From Psilocybe cubensis (Eukaryota), in the NCBI GenBank assembly GCA_017499595.2, contig CM039006.1, positions 1,364,001 to 1,428,000 on the forward strand: a stretch of DNA of 64,000 nucleotides. Reading direction: 5' to 3'. Position numbers and translations under genes: made by a program. The notes under the pieces are model-generated. The model did not search any database. It saw nothing but the letters and a program-made list of their open reading frames with translations, and was not told the DNA's origin. This document shows positions 13,223 through 25,916 of the stretch, piece after piece (the first letter of the stretch is position 1; the number at the start of each line of letters is the position of its first letter).

Positions 13223-14999
13223 ATAAGACAGTTTATTTACGGTAGATTTACTCCCGCTACCTAATTAGGAGATTAGCGTGATGTACGTGTGATTTATCCT
13301 GGCAAATTATAGTATACATGATGTGCCATTTAGCACTAAATGGAGCCGCTGGGTGGCCTGCGGGATCCGCGTTATCATACCCCAATCCTGATTGGAGATG
13401 AGATGTTCATTTTGGATCTATACACAACGCCCTCAACCCAAGCAGTCATTCTTTCCATAAGTCATCCACACATCTTATCTTATCAATACTCGTCACATGG
13501 GAGCCACATTATTCCGGATCATGTCACTTTGTTGGATCATCAAGGCTATGCGACGGATCAGTCAACCATTCAACTGCACAGCTTTCTACACTGCCTTGCA
13601 CAGCCGGACTGTCAACTCTATTTTTATCAACTCAATGGTTTTACTCAGCGTCAGGCTGCGGATTACTCATTCCAACTTATTTTTGGTTTGTCTTACTCAT
13701 TCTTTTGTATTTATTTATATCTTTTCTATTGTCTGTTGCGCTTTTATTGTCTTTGTCTTACCAATCTTCTATGCTTTCTGACTCATCCTTGCTTCTTTTA
13801 TCTAATCTGTATTACCATTCACCTTCGTCGTACACTTCTTTCTTACTCATCCTATTTATTTCTTATCTGTTGTTGTGTTGATATTGACATGTCTTATTGT
13901 TCTTGCTTATTGTTACACTTGCGTAGCCTCATTCTTGACACTTTGTACAGTATATGACTCGGTTTTCAGTATCTCAGATTGGTATTTTGTTCATGTAGCT
14001 TTTAGTATAAAAGCTGTAGTAGAATTACATGAAATGACAGGAAAGTTACACCCAGTCCCCACTTTCTTCAAAACAAGTCAATTTTCATCCAAGTCAAGTC
14101 AATTTCAAGTCAATCCACATTGATTCATTTTAATTCCAAGCTCAAGTTCAAGCCAAGCCCAAACCCAAGTCCAATTCAGTCATCAGTTCCACCCTCCATC
14201 AAGACCAAGTTTACTTCCATTCATCCGAAGTCATCTTACTTTCCATTAAGAGAGGATTTCATCCAAGACCAGTCCTCCTTTTTCTTCAACGCCTCTTCTT
14301 CCCAGCATTGAATATCCAACTTCTATCCAGACATCTAATACTCCCTACTTCCTCTCCTCCATCCAATCCGTCACCGCTCCTACTCCTTCTACACCTTCCA
14401 ACCATTGCCGTTAGGAGTGTATCCAAGACATTCTTTCCCTCCGTCAACTCATCTGGAGCAATTTCATTTGAGACAGACTTAGTCTTTCATCCTCGATTCA
14501 GTCGATACTCCCGCGACATATAGCTTCATTCCAAGCATCAGAAAGATTGTCAATTTAAGGATACTTTCACCATCCCCAAGATTCAGCCCTTCAACGACGT
14601 TCCAACTCCCAGTCATCTCCTCATTTCCTCTCGAAACCTTCCCCACTCACTTCCGACCACCCCTCTAAGATTCACATTTATTGATTTCTCATACGCATTC
14701 TACGCACCTTCTTCACGCTTTCCATATACACCCGCCATCCAATTTCACGGTTCCATCCTATTTTCGGAAGGCTTATTTACCATCGTACCCAGACGACCCG
14801 GTTATCCTCTTCTTACCATTTCACTTTCTTTACCCTTCACAATCCACACCATCCTAATCTACTTAAATCCTAGGCAGCGTCCTCCCTTAAGAAACTTAGG
14901 AGAAGGTTTTGTCCTATCCAGTCTGGACCACTCTTTCCCTGGGATTTGTGTTTGTTGGATTACATATAGTTTATAACCAATCACAAACTTCGATCTTCA
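13223..14999 (+). repeat. Non-coding LTR-like segment (possible long solo LTR)
   Basis: It truncates the hAT frame abruptly. It has T-rich and then C/T-rich composition with a TATA-like GTATAAAAGCTGTAG near 14006, similar in style to the solo LTR at 18481. Clean TG..CA ends and a TSD were not found. Confidence 0.3.
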
Positions 15000-15012
15000 G
15001 CATGTCGGGCTG

Positions 15013-15131
15013 CACGGGAAAAACACGGGCCGCAAATGAACCGGACGGGTCCATCTACATTGCGTGTATTGCAAGCAGACGGATCCGTTTTGACCTGTGT
15101 TGTGCTGTCAGACGGACCCATTTGACCCGTG
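15013..15131. repeat. Imperfect hairpin / short repeat cluster (CACGGG...CCCGTG), candidate transposon terminus; second copy at 25729-25847
   Basis: cacgggccgcaaatg (15024) pairs imperfectly with catttgacccgtg (ends 15131). Internal direct repeats agacggatccgttttgacctgtg / agacggacccatttgacccgtg. Confidence 0.5.
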
Positions 15132-15200
15132 TCTTCTCAGAGAGGGAGGGTTATTTATGGGGTATTGCAAATCAATGAGCACAAGGGCTCTAAAAATAAT

Positions 15201-16417
15201 TTATTCATCTCTACCGGTATACAAATGCTTTTCCAAACTCAATTCAATCCCTGCCAGCCCAGAGTCAATTTCCTCCAGCGCATTATAAGTCAGAATCTCT
15301 GACTGCAGCTGATGCAGCCAGAGGTTCTTGAACATTGTGACCTTTCCGTCATAACTACTGTCGCCGACGGAACTGTCAATTATTTGGTTGTATATTGCCC
15401 GTAGCTGCTGCTTGGTATAATTCTAAAATAGTCGTCAGTATCTAGTGCTTGGTAATATCTGAGTACATACATATAGAAAAGGAGGGTTAAAATACACCGT
15501 CTGATCTGTCACATCCTTGAACTCAATGTCAGACTGGGTGGGAGGTGAACTGGGGTAGCCGCCCATGGGATCAAACCTGCCATAGGTTCAAAAATAAGGG
15601 TTTTGAAGGAGCAGGTGGCATGCTTCAGGGGGTGGAGAATAGCGACCTTGCCTCCTCTCAGAGGAAATAGCTGGACAAGAGTCCATAATGATTTTGTCGA
15701 CGACAGACGTGTATAAAATATGTGCTGCCATCAACGGCGGAGCCGCATCATCCCAGATGACAGGCATAGGTGGAGGATCTAGGGTATCTGGAATAACAGG
15801 CATAGAGGGAGGAGCCAGGTTATCTGGAATGATTGGCATTGGCGGCGGAGCCAGGTCTTTCCGGATGACAGGCATAGGTGGAGGATCTAGGTTAGCTGGA
15901 ATAACAGGCATAGGGGGTGGAGCCAGGTTAGTTGGAATAACAGGCATAGGGGGAGGAGCCAGGTTAGCTGGAATAACAGGCATAGGGGGTGGAGCCAGGT
16001 TAGTTGGAATAACAGGCATAGGGGGAGGAGCCAGGTTAGCTGGAATAATAGGCATAGGGGGTAGAGCCAGGTTATCTGGAATGACTGGTATTGGCGGCGG
16101 AGCCAGGTCATCCGGCCTTGCTGTGCATTTGCTTTCCTTAGAGTTGCTAATATTTGAAGACATTGCTGATGCTCAGAAATCAATTAAAATTTACTTGAAT
16201 TAATGCAATTAGTCTTACATTTTATAGATTTTACGGGAGGAGGTTCCTTCAGTTTTTCAAGAGGCCTGGTAAGATTGTTGAGACTGGTGTAGTCAATGGG
16301 GGAACTTTTGCTAGAGGTGGGAATAAAGTTGTAGGAGAACATACAGTCCAGAAAGTGCAACTGGATGGGCTTGTTTATATATCTCATGGAATACAATACT
16401 ATCCGAGGATTTTCCAT
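15201..16417 (-). pseudogene. Transposon cargo gene A, unknown protein with a 10-aa Pro-rich repeat (introns 16166-16218 and 15423-15470; one premature stop)
   Basis: Splicing keeps frame: ...VKSIKSMSSNIS...(PPPMPVIPANL)n...LQNPYF*TYGRFDPMGGYP...NPPFLY|NYTKQQL...EKHLYTGRDE*. The start codon is tentative. Confidence 0.55.
15740..16110 (-). repeat. 30-bp coding minisatellite, about 12 units (copy at ~26456-26826)
   Basis: Plus-strand unit GGAATAACAGGCATAGGGGGAGGAGCCAGGTTAG(C/T)T-type repeats, translating on the minus strand as repeated LAPPPMPVIPxN. Confidence 0.9.
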
Positions 16418-16649
16418 GACACGCAAATAGATTCACCTGTGTATTGAACTTAGCAACTTTTGCACAAATTGGATCTGGTGAAGAAATCACATGACTCAGA
16501 TTGTACATGTTTGTGTATGGTTTTGTTTTGCGGGACCGCTTTTTTTTAGACTTTTTTTAGACTAACTCTAACCACGATCACCACCCCTACGTTCTACCGT
16601 GCCTCACCCATTAACGCATCTTCCCCCCCAAAAAAAAAATGCTTTCCCA

Positions 16650-19600
16650 ATGGCCTCTTCATCTTCCACCACTGCCACCTTCGCCCAACGCCTTGCTGAC
16701 TGGGAAAAAACCTTCACAGAGTGCTACCGCAATGGCGAAAGCGCGTTCAATGCTCAGTTGGAGCAGCTCTACAGGGACTTGGTGAGTAATCGATATTCCT
16801 TGAGCATAAGACTTACTGAACAAAAAAAATTCATCCAATAGGTTCCACTGTGTCAAGAACATGTCAGAAACGTGGCCAACTTCCGCCTCGTGGATTATAT
16901 TGCAAGCCCTATCGTGTATTCATACAAGACCAGCCAGGGCAAGGACGGCAAGCAGGTAGCAAGGTTTGAGGTCGACTGGGCGACTTTGCATCATCAAGTC
17001 GCAAATTTCAAGGCATACCAGGAAGGCCAGGAGGCACAGAGGAAGAGGAGGGAGGAGGAGGAGCAAGAGAAGAGGAGGGAGAAGGAGGAGCAAGAGGAGG
17101 AGAGGCAGAGGGTGGAGAAGAGGGGGAAAAGGGAGGTAAGGAGGAAGAGGGAGGAGAAGAAAAAGAGGGAGGAGGAGAGGCAGAGGGAGGAGAAGGAGGA
17201 GAGGCAGAGGGAGGAGGAGAGGAGGAAGAGGGAGGAAGAGAAGCAGAAGGTGGAGGAGAGGAGAAAGGAGGAGAGGGGGAAGAGGGAGCAGGAGAGGAAG
17301 ACCAGGGAGCAGGAGAGGCAGAAGGCAGAGGAGAGGAGAAAGAGGGAGCAGGAGCAGGAGCAAGAGACAGACAAGGAGAGGAACAAGGAGGAGACGGAGA
17401 AGAGACGGGCCAAGAAGGGCAAGGGCAAGACAGTCAAACCCCCGGTGGAAGACGGACCCATAACAGACGCCCACAAAGACAAGGGCAAACGGAAAGCGGC
17501 GGACCCCGTAGAGTCCATTCAGTTGGCTCCAGCGGACTACAGGGGCCCACAGACAAGGAAGGGGGAAATCATTCTCCACATCACCGCCTCCAACATGCCT
17601 GGTCACCCAGCGTACAGGGAGAAGCTGGAAAGATTGGCAAAGTCCAAGCAGGGGAAATACAAGAGCAAAGGGATGATAGAAAGCCATACGGACAAAGACG
17701 CGGACGCCGACGTCAACAAGGACAACAAAGGCAATGACCAAGAGGCCCCGCCTACCACCCCCACCCGGAAGATGCTCACCCAGTCTGCAAAGAAGGACAC
17801 CAACCAGGACGATATCCCCCCCATCAGGAAGGCGCGGTTAAGATCCAAAAAAGCGCGCCAGGTGCCGGAGGGGATGGTGGATATGGTGGAAAGGTGCATG
17901 GGATGCACCAAATTCAAGGTGCCGTGCCATGTCAAGGGGGAGACAGGCACTGAGCCTCTCGTCCCCGTAAAGCACCAATCTTGCAAGTCTTGCAAGTCTC
18001 GCAAGATTTACTGCAGTTTCTACCCGGGACATTTCTATCCGGGACGCAACACCGTCGCCGGGCAATTCAACCTCTTGACGCCGCTGGGAAGTTACAGGAA
18101 GGTGTTGAAGTTGGAGGAGGGGGAGGATGTTTCGGCGAAGGAGAAGGCCGGAGAAGGGTCGTTCCCCGAGGATGTGGCAGAGCTGCTTGTGCAGCTATTT
18201 GAGCAACAAGGCTGACTGATAGAACGGATGGATGGCCTTTCCGCGTCCATGACGGCAATAAACGCACGGATTGCAACATTTGCCAAGACAAACTTGGCGG
18301 TGGAGAAGAGGATGAAGACCGTCAAGGACAGCTTTCAAGAGCTGAAGGCCGAGTGGACCACGGCAAAAAAACAAGTGGCAGGAAACACTTCGCTTTCCGT
18401 CACAATGTTCAACAACATCAAGCAGGCAATCCAGGACATTCAGTATGTGGTCGGGGTTTTGCTGGAGTAGGATGAACAAATGTCAGGGTTTCTCCAGTTT
18501 CCCCTCTTTATCTTCACAGAATTATCTTATCCTTTCATTATCTTATCAATTATCTGATTAGATAGTTTATTTCTTTCATCACAGCCTTTTTGCTCCACTT
18601 CTTTCTATTAAATTCTATATGATTCCTAGTCTTACTCATCCTTTTTCTATATGATGTCACTTATATTCTTTAACCTTCCTTTATGATGTAATATAGGGAA
18701 TATTCTAGAATAGCTGTAGAGTATAAATACTGGACTTGTAGGTAGCTGTAGCTTCAGCTTCAATCTCTTAGGATATCCACTATCATTGGTGTGATCTCTT
18801 AGAATCATTGAGTCTCCCTCACTCTCTTATTTTCTTTCTGCTCTCTTACTCTTCCTCTGCTCTCTCTCTCTCTGCTTGATCTTTGTTGGTGGCCTTGTCA
18901 CACTGATTATAGTGTTGCCCTGACAACAAAGGAATCCCGCCCCCAAACAGGTAGCAGGACCCTCCAAGATGGAGGTCAAACAAGAATCGGGTCCGTCGCA
19001 GACCCGTGAACCCACCTCTGCGCCACAATCCCCAAGCCCACCACCACCGCCAGCACCCCTACCTTCCCCACCTCCACCTCCAGCAGCACCCATTCTCCCT
19101 TCCCCTCCTCCACCACCGCCAGCACCTGTCCTCCCTTCCCCACCCCTACCTCCACCCGCACCCGTCCTCCCTGCCGTGTCTGCGCCACCAACAGCGCTAT
19201 TCTTGCCCGGTTCGACTCCAAAAGTGCCTTCGCCCCCCCCAGTTGGCCGACCCTCGCTCCCACCGGTACCGCCCATCCTTTCCCTATCTCCACCACCCCC
19301 TCTCCCAGCTCCACATTCTCAAAGTTTGATGTCAAAGGCCGCACCGTTGTCAAAGGATGCACCATCGTCAAAGGCCACACCATTGTCAAAGGCTGGCCCA
19401 TCCTCAAAGGCTAAGCCATTGTCAAAGGCTAAACCATCCTCCAAGGCTGGGCCATCCGGGAATGGACACTCATCGGAGTTGTCTAATCCCTTGGACAGCG
19501 ACAAGGTTGAAATTGTGGAGGAGGATGTTGAGATTGTGGCGTCCACGCTGCCCGCGTCAAACATAGCCACAAAGACAAGGGCTGGACGGAAGCGAAAGGC

Positions 19601-19661
19601 GGAAACGACTCTGGCTGAAGCATCGCGCTCGCCCAAAAAACCCAAGGCCCCAAAAAAGTAG
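16650..19661 (+). pseudogene. Transposon cargo gene B: E/R/K coiled coil + Zn2Cys6-like cluster + coiled coil + poly-Pro tail with NLS-like end; split by a solo LTR
   Basis: ATG 16650; intron 16782-16841. Contains CMGCTKFKVPC...SCKSCKSRKIYC. The ORFs at 16872, 18228 and 18969 join in frame after reading through TGA (18213) and TAG (18468) and removing the solo LTR. Ends RAGRKRK..PKKPKAPKK*. Confidence 0.7.
18481..18925. mobile_element. Solo LTR (445 bp)
   Basis: Termini TGTCAGGG...CCCTGACA (8-bp inverted). 5-bp TSD ACAAA at 18476-18480 and 18926-18930. Internal GTATAAATA. Confidence 0.9.
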
Positions 19662-19959
19662 TATATTTCAATTCTTTGTAACTTTTTTTTGGTCTCCTTT
19701 TTTGCCTTGTCTCATAGATTGCATTGTACAATTTTTAATATTTGGACTGTATATAGTTTTTACTCTCATGTGCTCATCTGTTTTATATCTCTCCCAAAAA
19801 GTAGCACTTGATGATTTTTAATGAACCCGCTTTCTGTTTTGATTTTGTGTGAAAACATGTTTAAGAAACATCAAGATAAGAATGAAAAGCATCACATTCA
19901 ATAGGTATCATGAATCTACTTCAATAGCTAGGCTTTCAAAGTTTTTTTCTTTGTCTTTT

Positions 19960-22900
19960 TGTTGGAATCATAGTCGGCGAGCGACTTCATCGCTAAGTCA
20001 TTATCTTTCTGTTGTAGTTATCTTATCACGTTTTTTCTAGATTATTCTACTATAGGTTCCGTAGTTACTGTAGGTACAACCGTGTAGCTACGTCGTGAAC
20101 ACACACCTTTTACCACCACTGCGCACTATCCTTACAACAGGTTATGAGCCCTGAGAGGTCATAACTCAAGCTTGCGTTATCTAAATTTTGTTTTAAACTC
20201 GTTCTATTCTTATCGATCTATATCTAAACTCGCACTCGACGTCAAATGGCCAACTTGACAACCGCGGAAGTCAACATCGGCGGATATTGCATCGACACAC
20301 TGAAGGCCCACAATTGGATGCCGTGGAAGCGGCGCATGCTAGCAGTACTGGTGGACCTCGGACTGGAGAAATACATGGACGGCACGTCACTTCGACCAGG
20401 ATCAGCAAAACCAAACGCACCCACGGCGGAAGAAATCGCAGCTCAGACAGCGTGGGATAAGGGAGATGCGAAAGCGCGATGCAGGATCGAACTCGCGTTA
20501 AGCGATGCGGAAATGGTACACGTCCTGGGAGCGCGCACAGCGCGCGAGATGTGGATGCAGTTGTGCACGGTGAAGGAATCCAAGGGACGATCGGTGTTTT
20601 GGCAACACGACAAGCACTTTTCCGGGCAACCGCAGAGGAGGGATGCAACATGGCAGAGCATATCGCAAAGCTACGTCAATTTCAGGAGGAGCTGCACATC
20701 ATGGGCAGCATTGTTTCGGACGAAGATTTTGTCATGATCTTGCTCACCTCGCTGCCGGAATCTTGGGAGAACTATGTGTCATCTTTCTTGGGCTCGAGTG
20801 GGAACCGACCTACTCTCACTTCGCAGGAGCTTGTTGGTGTTCTTCTTGAAGAAGCTCGTCGTCGGAAGGAGCGTGGAGGTGATGGTGCCGGAGGGACTAC
20901 GCTTCAAGTTCGTGGAGGTCAAGGGTCGTCGGATGGAAAGGGTAATGGTTCGAGGGATGGCAGCAGCGGGAAGAAGTGCTATAATTGCCACAAGATGGGG
21001 CACATTTCGAAAATGCTGGGCGAAGGGCGGAGGTCGTGAAGGAAAGGGTCCGAGGGGGCGGAAGACGAAGAATAAAGGGCGGACGAATCAGGCTCGGGAG
21101 GACGTCAACACTACGCTCAACGATGAGGTTGCGTACCACACGTACTCGACGTCGAACTTCTCTCGTTACGACTGGCTTTACGATTCTGCAACCACCAGTC
21201 ACGTTTGTCCCGTCCGTGAAGCCTTCATCGAGTATACGCCACTCGTTAATTCCTCCGTTTGTGGTGTTGGAAAGAGTCCAGCTATCATTGCAGGCCGCGG
21301 AACAGTCATCGTCAACTTCGATGTCGACGGGCAGACGATTACTCATCGTTTGAAAGACGTTTTACACATCCCTGAAGCCGAAAATGCTTTGATGTCGCTC
21401 GGAAGGTTTGAGAGGGATGGGAGGAGTTCGTCGTTTAAGAATGGGAAGGTTTTTTTGATGGATGCGAAGGATAAGGTTATTGGAAAAGGGTCGAAACGCG
21501 GTCAGATGTATATTCTTCACGCTCGCGCTCAGCTTAATTCAGGGGAACAGGTCAACTACGTCTCGCCTAAACTCACCTGGGATCAATGGCATCGTCGTTT
21601 TGGCCATATCTCAGTGTCGTCGTTGCAGAAACTCGTCCGGAACGATCTCGTCGTTGGTCTTTCCGTGGACGAAATGTCTATTCCATCCCCATCGTGCGAG
21701 GCGTGCATCCAAGCGAAGCAGACGCATAAACCTTTCCCTGGAGAAGCAGAAAATCGATCCACAGTTCCTAGAGAGCGAACCATGAGTGACGTATGGGGTC
21801 CTATCGGAACACGCTCGGTAAATGGATTTTATTACTACATTACGTTTATGGACGACGCAAAGCGATACAACGGTGTGGTTTTCTTGAAGGACAAGAAGGA
21901 GGCGGCGAAGGCGATTGAGAATCATGGGGAGCGAGTGAAGAGGAGGTTTGGGCAGTATCCAAGGTACATTCGCATGGACAATGGCAAGGAACTCGTGAAC
22001 GAGCGGATTAAGAAGTGGGCGGCGGAGAGAGGCATTGAAATCGAGACGACGGCGCCATATTCCCCATCTCAGAACGGCGTCGCAGAGCGCTACAATCGTA
22101 CGCTGTTGGAGCTAGCACGTGCGATGATTATTGCGAAGAATTTACCTCTCTTTTTCTGGGACAAGGCGGTCAATTATGCGAATTATTTACGCAACCGCGC
22201 GCCTACTCAAGCACTCGATGACAAGACACCATATGAAGGCTGGCACAACAAGAAACCGGATGTTTCTCACCTTCGGGAGTTCGGATGCGATGTATGGGTG
22301 TTAGACGAGACGAAGGGGCTTTTGAAGCTCAAGCCACGGTCAAAGAAGAAGGTATTCGTTGGTTTTAACAAAGGCTCAAAATCTGTGCGTTATTACGATC
22401 CCAAATCGCGCACAGTGAAGTCATCGCGAAACGTATCGTTTAACAAAAACGAAACGCCGCAGAACGTCGAAATTCCTGGATTATCGTCTGAGGGGGAGCG
22501 TAACAAATCGACAGACGTTAAATCCAGCAAAAACGAGCCAGAAACCGTCAAGAACGAACCTATTTCGTCTACAGCATCGATTCCACAGCCCAGCATACGT
22601 TGATCAGCTCGTGAAATTAACGTTACAGAAGGCAACATCGAATGCTAGTTTACGACTACACGATCCCAAACGACTCCAACGCACCACAAATTGCTACAAA
22701 ATCGACGAGAGCGCAAGTACAGCAACGGAGCAAGCAAACATTGTCAAAGAACAGCTGTGGGGCGCGATTTTAGACGATTCGGAATGTGTCTTTGCCATGC
22801 GCAAATCAGACGTACCTCGGACACTTGAAGAAGCTTTGGAAAGCTGTGAGGCAGCTGCGTGGAAGGCAGCTATGGACGAAGAAATCGAGACGCTTTTACG

Positions 22901-24576
22901 GATGGGTACTTGGGAGATGATGAAGATTCCGGATGGAAGGAAACTGGTTGGATGCCGTTGGGTCTACGCAAAGAAACGGGACAAAAACGGGAACGTCATC
23001 AAGTACAAGGCCCGACTAGTCGTTCAGGGATGCTCTCAGAGACCTGGTACAGACTACAGCGAGGACGAAACATTCGCACCAGTCATGCGATTCGACACGC
23101 TACGCTCGCTACTCGCATATTCGGCCGTACACAATCTCAAAATGCGTCAATTCGATATAAAGGGTGCATATTTGCACGGTTACATCTCGGAGGAGATTTA
23201 TATGGTCCAACCACCCGGTTATGATGATGGCACTGGTCAGGCATGCCGTCTCATTCGTTCGCTTTACGGTCTCAAGCAGGCAGGAAACGTATGGAACCAT
23301 GAACTCGATAACGCTCTCACTTCATTCGGTTTTACAAAACTCAAGAGCGATTACTGCTGCTACATCCGTCGAGCTGAAAACAGCGATTTTACGATTTTGG
23401 TTACCTGGGTGGACGACATAATCAGTTTTTCACAAACGACTCGCTCAACGACCAGCTGGAGCAAGAATTAGGCTCGAAATTCGACGTTAAATCAATGGGT
23501 CAGCCCTCAATAATGCTAGGATTCAAGCTCGAGCAAAAGGACCATTACATTTCGCTCTCGCAAGCACACTACATCGACAAACTCCTTGAGAAGTTTGGTT
23601 TACAAGACGCAAACCCCGTTTCGACGCCTATGGATCCGAACGTGCGATTGGATAAGGATGAAGGTGTTCGGGAGGATGGAGACGGTCAGGGGGAGGTTAA
23701 TTCGCGTTTAGGATTCAGTTATGCAACGGTCATCGGCTCGCTCATGTATCTGGCACTCGGAACTCGTCCAGACATCGCGTTTGCGGTATACAAACTCGCG
23801 CAATTCACCAGCAAGCCGAAATCGACTCATTGGACCGCTGTCAAACGTATATTTCGCTATCTGAAGGGCACGCGCAATCACAAACTCACTTACGGCGGCG
23901 ATTCGCAAGTTTTTGGACGTAAATCTCAATGTTTATTGCGACGCCGATTGGGCTGAAAATTATGATCGGAAATCAACTAGCGGATACGTGGTTACGATAG
24001 CAGGCGGCGCTGTGGCATGGAGCTCGAAGAAACAGAATACGGTTGCACTTTCAACCGCTGAAGCCGAATACGTTTCCACAACACATGCGGCGAAGCAAGT
24101 CTTATGGCACCGCTCACTCTTCACGGAGCTTGGTTTCCACATTCCGTCGATGTCAACCATCTTTACCAACAATACGGCAGCCATTTCGATTGCGCATCAT
24201 CCAGAATTCCATGCCCGTACGAAGCACATTGACATTGCATTTCATTTCCTACGCGACTTGGTGGAAAAGAAGATGCTCGACACGGTTTACATCAACACTT
24301 CAAACAATTTGGCGGGCATTTTTCACAAAGGCTTTACCTCGCGTTGCACACGATGGTTTCACGTTGCAGTTGGGAGTTTTGGCCGACTAAGGGGAGTGTT
24401 GGAATCATAGTCGGCGAGCGACTTCATTGCTAAGTCATTATCTTTCTGTTGTAGTTATCTTATCACGTTTTTTCTAGATTATTCTACTATAGGTTCCGTA
24501 GTTACTATAGGTACAACCTTGTAGCTACGTCGTGAACACACACCTTTTACCACCACTGCGCACTATCCTTACAACA
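19960..24576 (+). mobile_element. Full-length Ty1/Copia LTR retrotransposon, copy 1 (defective gag-pol)
   Basis: 180-bp LTRs at 19960-20139 and 24397-24576 (TGTTG..CAACA), TSD CTTTT, PBS GGTTATGAGCCC and a purine tract before the 3' LTR. Domain order is gag zinc knuckle (CYNCHKMGH), protease (WLYDSATTSH), GAG-pre-integrase (WHRRFGH..CEAC), integrase (SDVWGP, RMDNGKE, QNGVAER), RT (KARLVVQG, LYGLKQAG, WVDD) and RNase H (YCDADWA). Confidence 0.97.
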
Positions 24577-24662
24577 CTTTTACCTGCTACAACAAGCAGA
24601 CTTGCTTCCTGAAGTGCTAAGGGATCCGAAGTCACATTCCTGTGGGCCCATGTTTCATCCGT

Positions 24663-24762
24663 NNNNNNNNNNNNNNNNNNNNNNNNNNNNNNNNNNNNNN
24701 NNNNNNNNNNNNNNNNNNNNNNNNNNNNNNNNNNNNNNNNNNNNNNNNNNNNNNNNNNNNNN
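24663..24762. other. Assembly gap (100 N)
   Basis: A run of 100 n exactly between the two duplicated blocks. Confidence 0.99.
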
Positions 24763-25916
24763 TACACCCAGTCCCCACTTTCTTCAAAACAAGTCAATTT
24801 TCATCCAAGTCAAGTCAATTTCAAGTCAATCCACATTGATTCATTTTAATTCCAAGCTCAAGTTCAAGCCAAGCCCAAACCCAAGTCCAATTCAGTCATC
24901 AGTTCCACCCTCCATCAAGACCAAGTTTACTTCCATTCATCCGAAGTCATCTTACTTTCCATTAAGAGAGGATTTCATCCAAGACCAGTCCTCCTTTTTC
25001 TTCAACGCCTCTTCTTCCCAGCATTGAATATCCAACTTCTATCCAGACATCTAATACTCCCTACTTCCTCTCCTCCATCCAATCCGTCACCGCTCCTACT
25101 CCTTCTACACCTTCCAACCATTGCCGTTAGGAGTGTATCCAAGACATTCTTTCCCTCCGTCAACTCATCTGGAGCAATTTCATTTGAGACAGACTTAGTC
25201 TTTCATCCTCGATTCAGTCGATACTCCCGCGACATATAGCTTCATTCCAAGCATCAGAAAGATTGTCAATTTAAGGATACTTTCACCATCCCCAAGATTC
25301 AGCCCTTCAACGACGTTCCAACTCCCAGTCATCTCCTCATTTCCTCTCGAAACCTTCCCCACTCACTTCCGACCACCCCTCTAAGATTCACATTTATTGA
25401 TTTCTCATACGCATTCTACGCACCTTCTTCACGCTTTCCATATACACCCGCCATCCAATTTCACGGTTCCATCCTATTTTCGGAAGGCTTATTTACCATC
25501 GTACCCAGACGACCCGGTTATCCTCTTCTTACCATTTCACTTTCTTTACCCTTCACAATCCACACCATCCTAATCTACTTAAATCCTAGGCAGCGTCCTC
25601 CCTTAAGAAACTTAGGAGAAGGTTTTGTCCTATCCAGTCTGGACCACTCTTTCCCTGGGATTTGTGTTTGTTGGATTACATATAGTTTATAACCAATCAC
25701 AAACTTCGATCTTCAGCATGTCGGGCTGCACGGGAAAAACACGGGCCGCAAATGAACCGGACGGGTCCATCTACATTGCGTGTATTGCAAGCAGACGGAT
25801 CCGTTTTGACCTGTGTTGTGCTGTCAGACGGACCCATTTGACCCGTGTCTTCTCAGAGAGGGAGGGTTATTTATGGGGTATTGCAAATCAATGAGCACAA
25901 GGGCTCTAAAAATAAT

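Larger units (their letters stand above)
14047..24662 (+). repeat. Copy 1 of a 10.6-kb near-identical tandem duplication (left of the N gap)
   Basis: Matches 24763-35408 except for small indels. The ORF track repeats with an offset of 10716, rising slightly along the block. Confidence 0.97.

Noticed and set aside
13340-13957. 205-aa hydrophobic ORF
   Set aside because: Low-complexity T-rich sequence within an LTR-like segment; no domain.
15688-16203. Gly-rich repeat ORF (GIGGGARL)n on the plus strand
   Set aside because: Antisense of the minisatellite. The splice signals support the minus-strand Pro-rich reading.
16920-17741. Leu-rich and Ser/Leu/Phe-rich minus-strand ORFs that look like membrane proteins (also at 27636-28463)
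   Set aside because: Antisense translations of the purine-rich E/R/K coiled-coil region.
20246-21039. Programmed frameshifting in Copia gag
   Set aside because: The two shifts (~20590, ~21010) fall inside conserved gag and zinc-knuckle sequence without an evident slippery site, so they are better explained as deletions.
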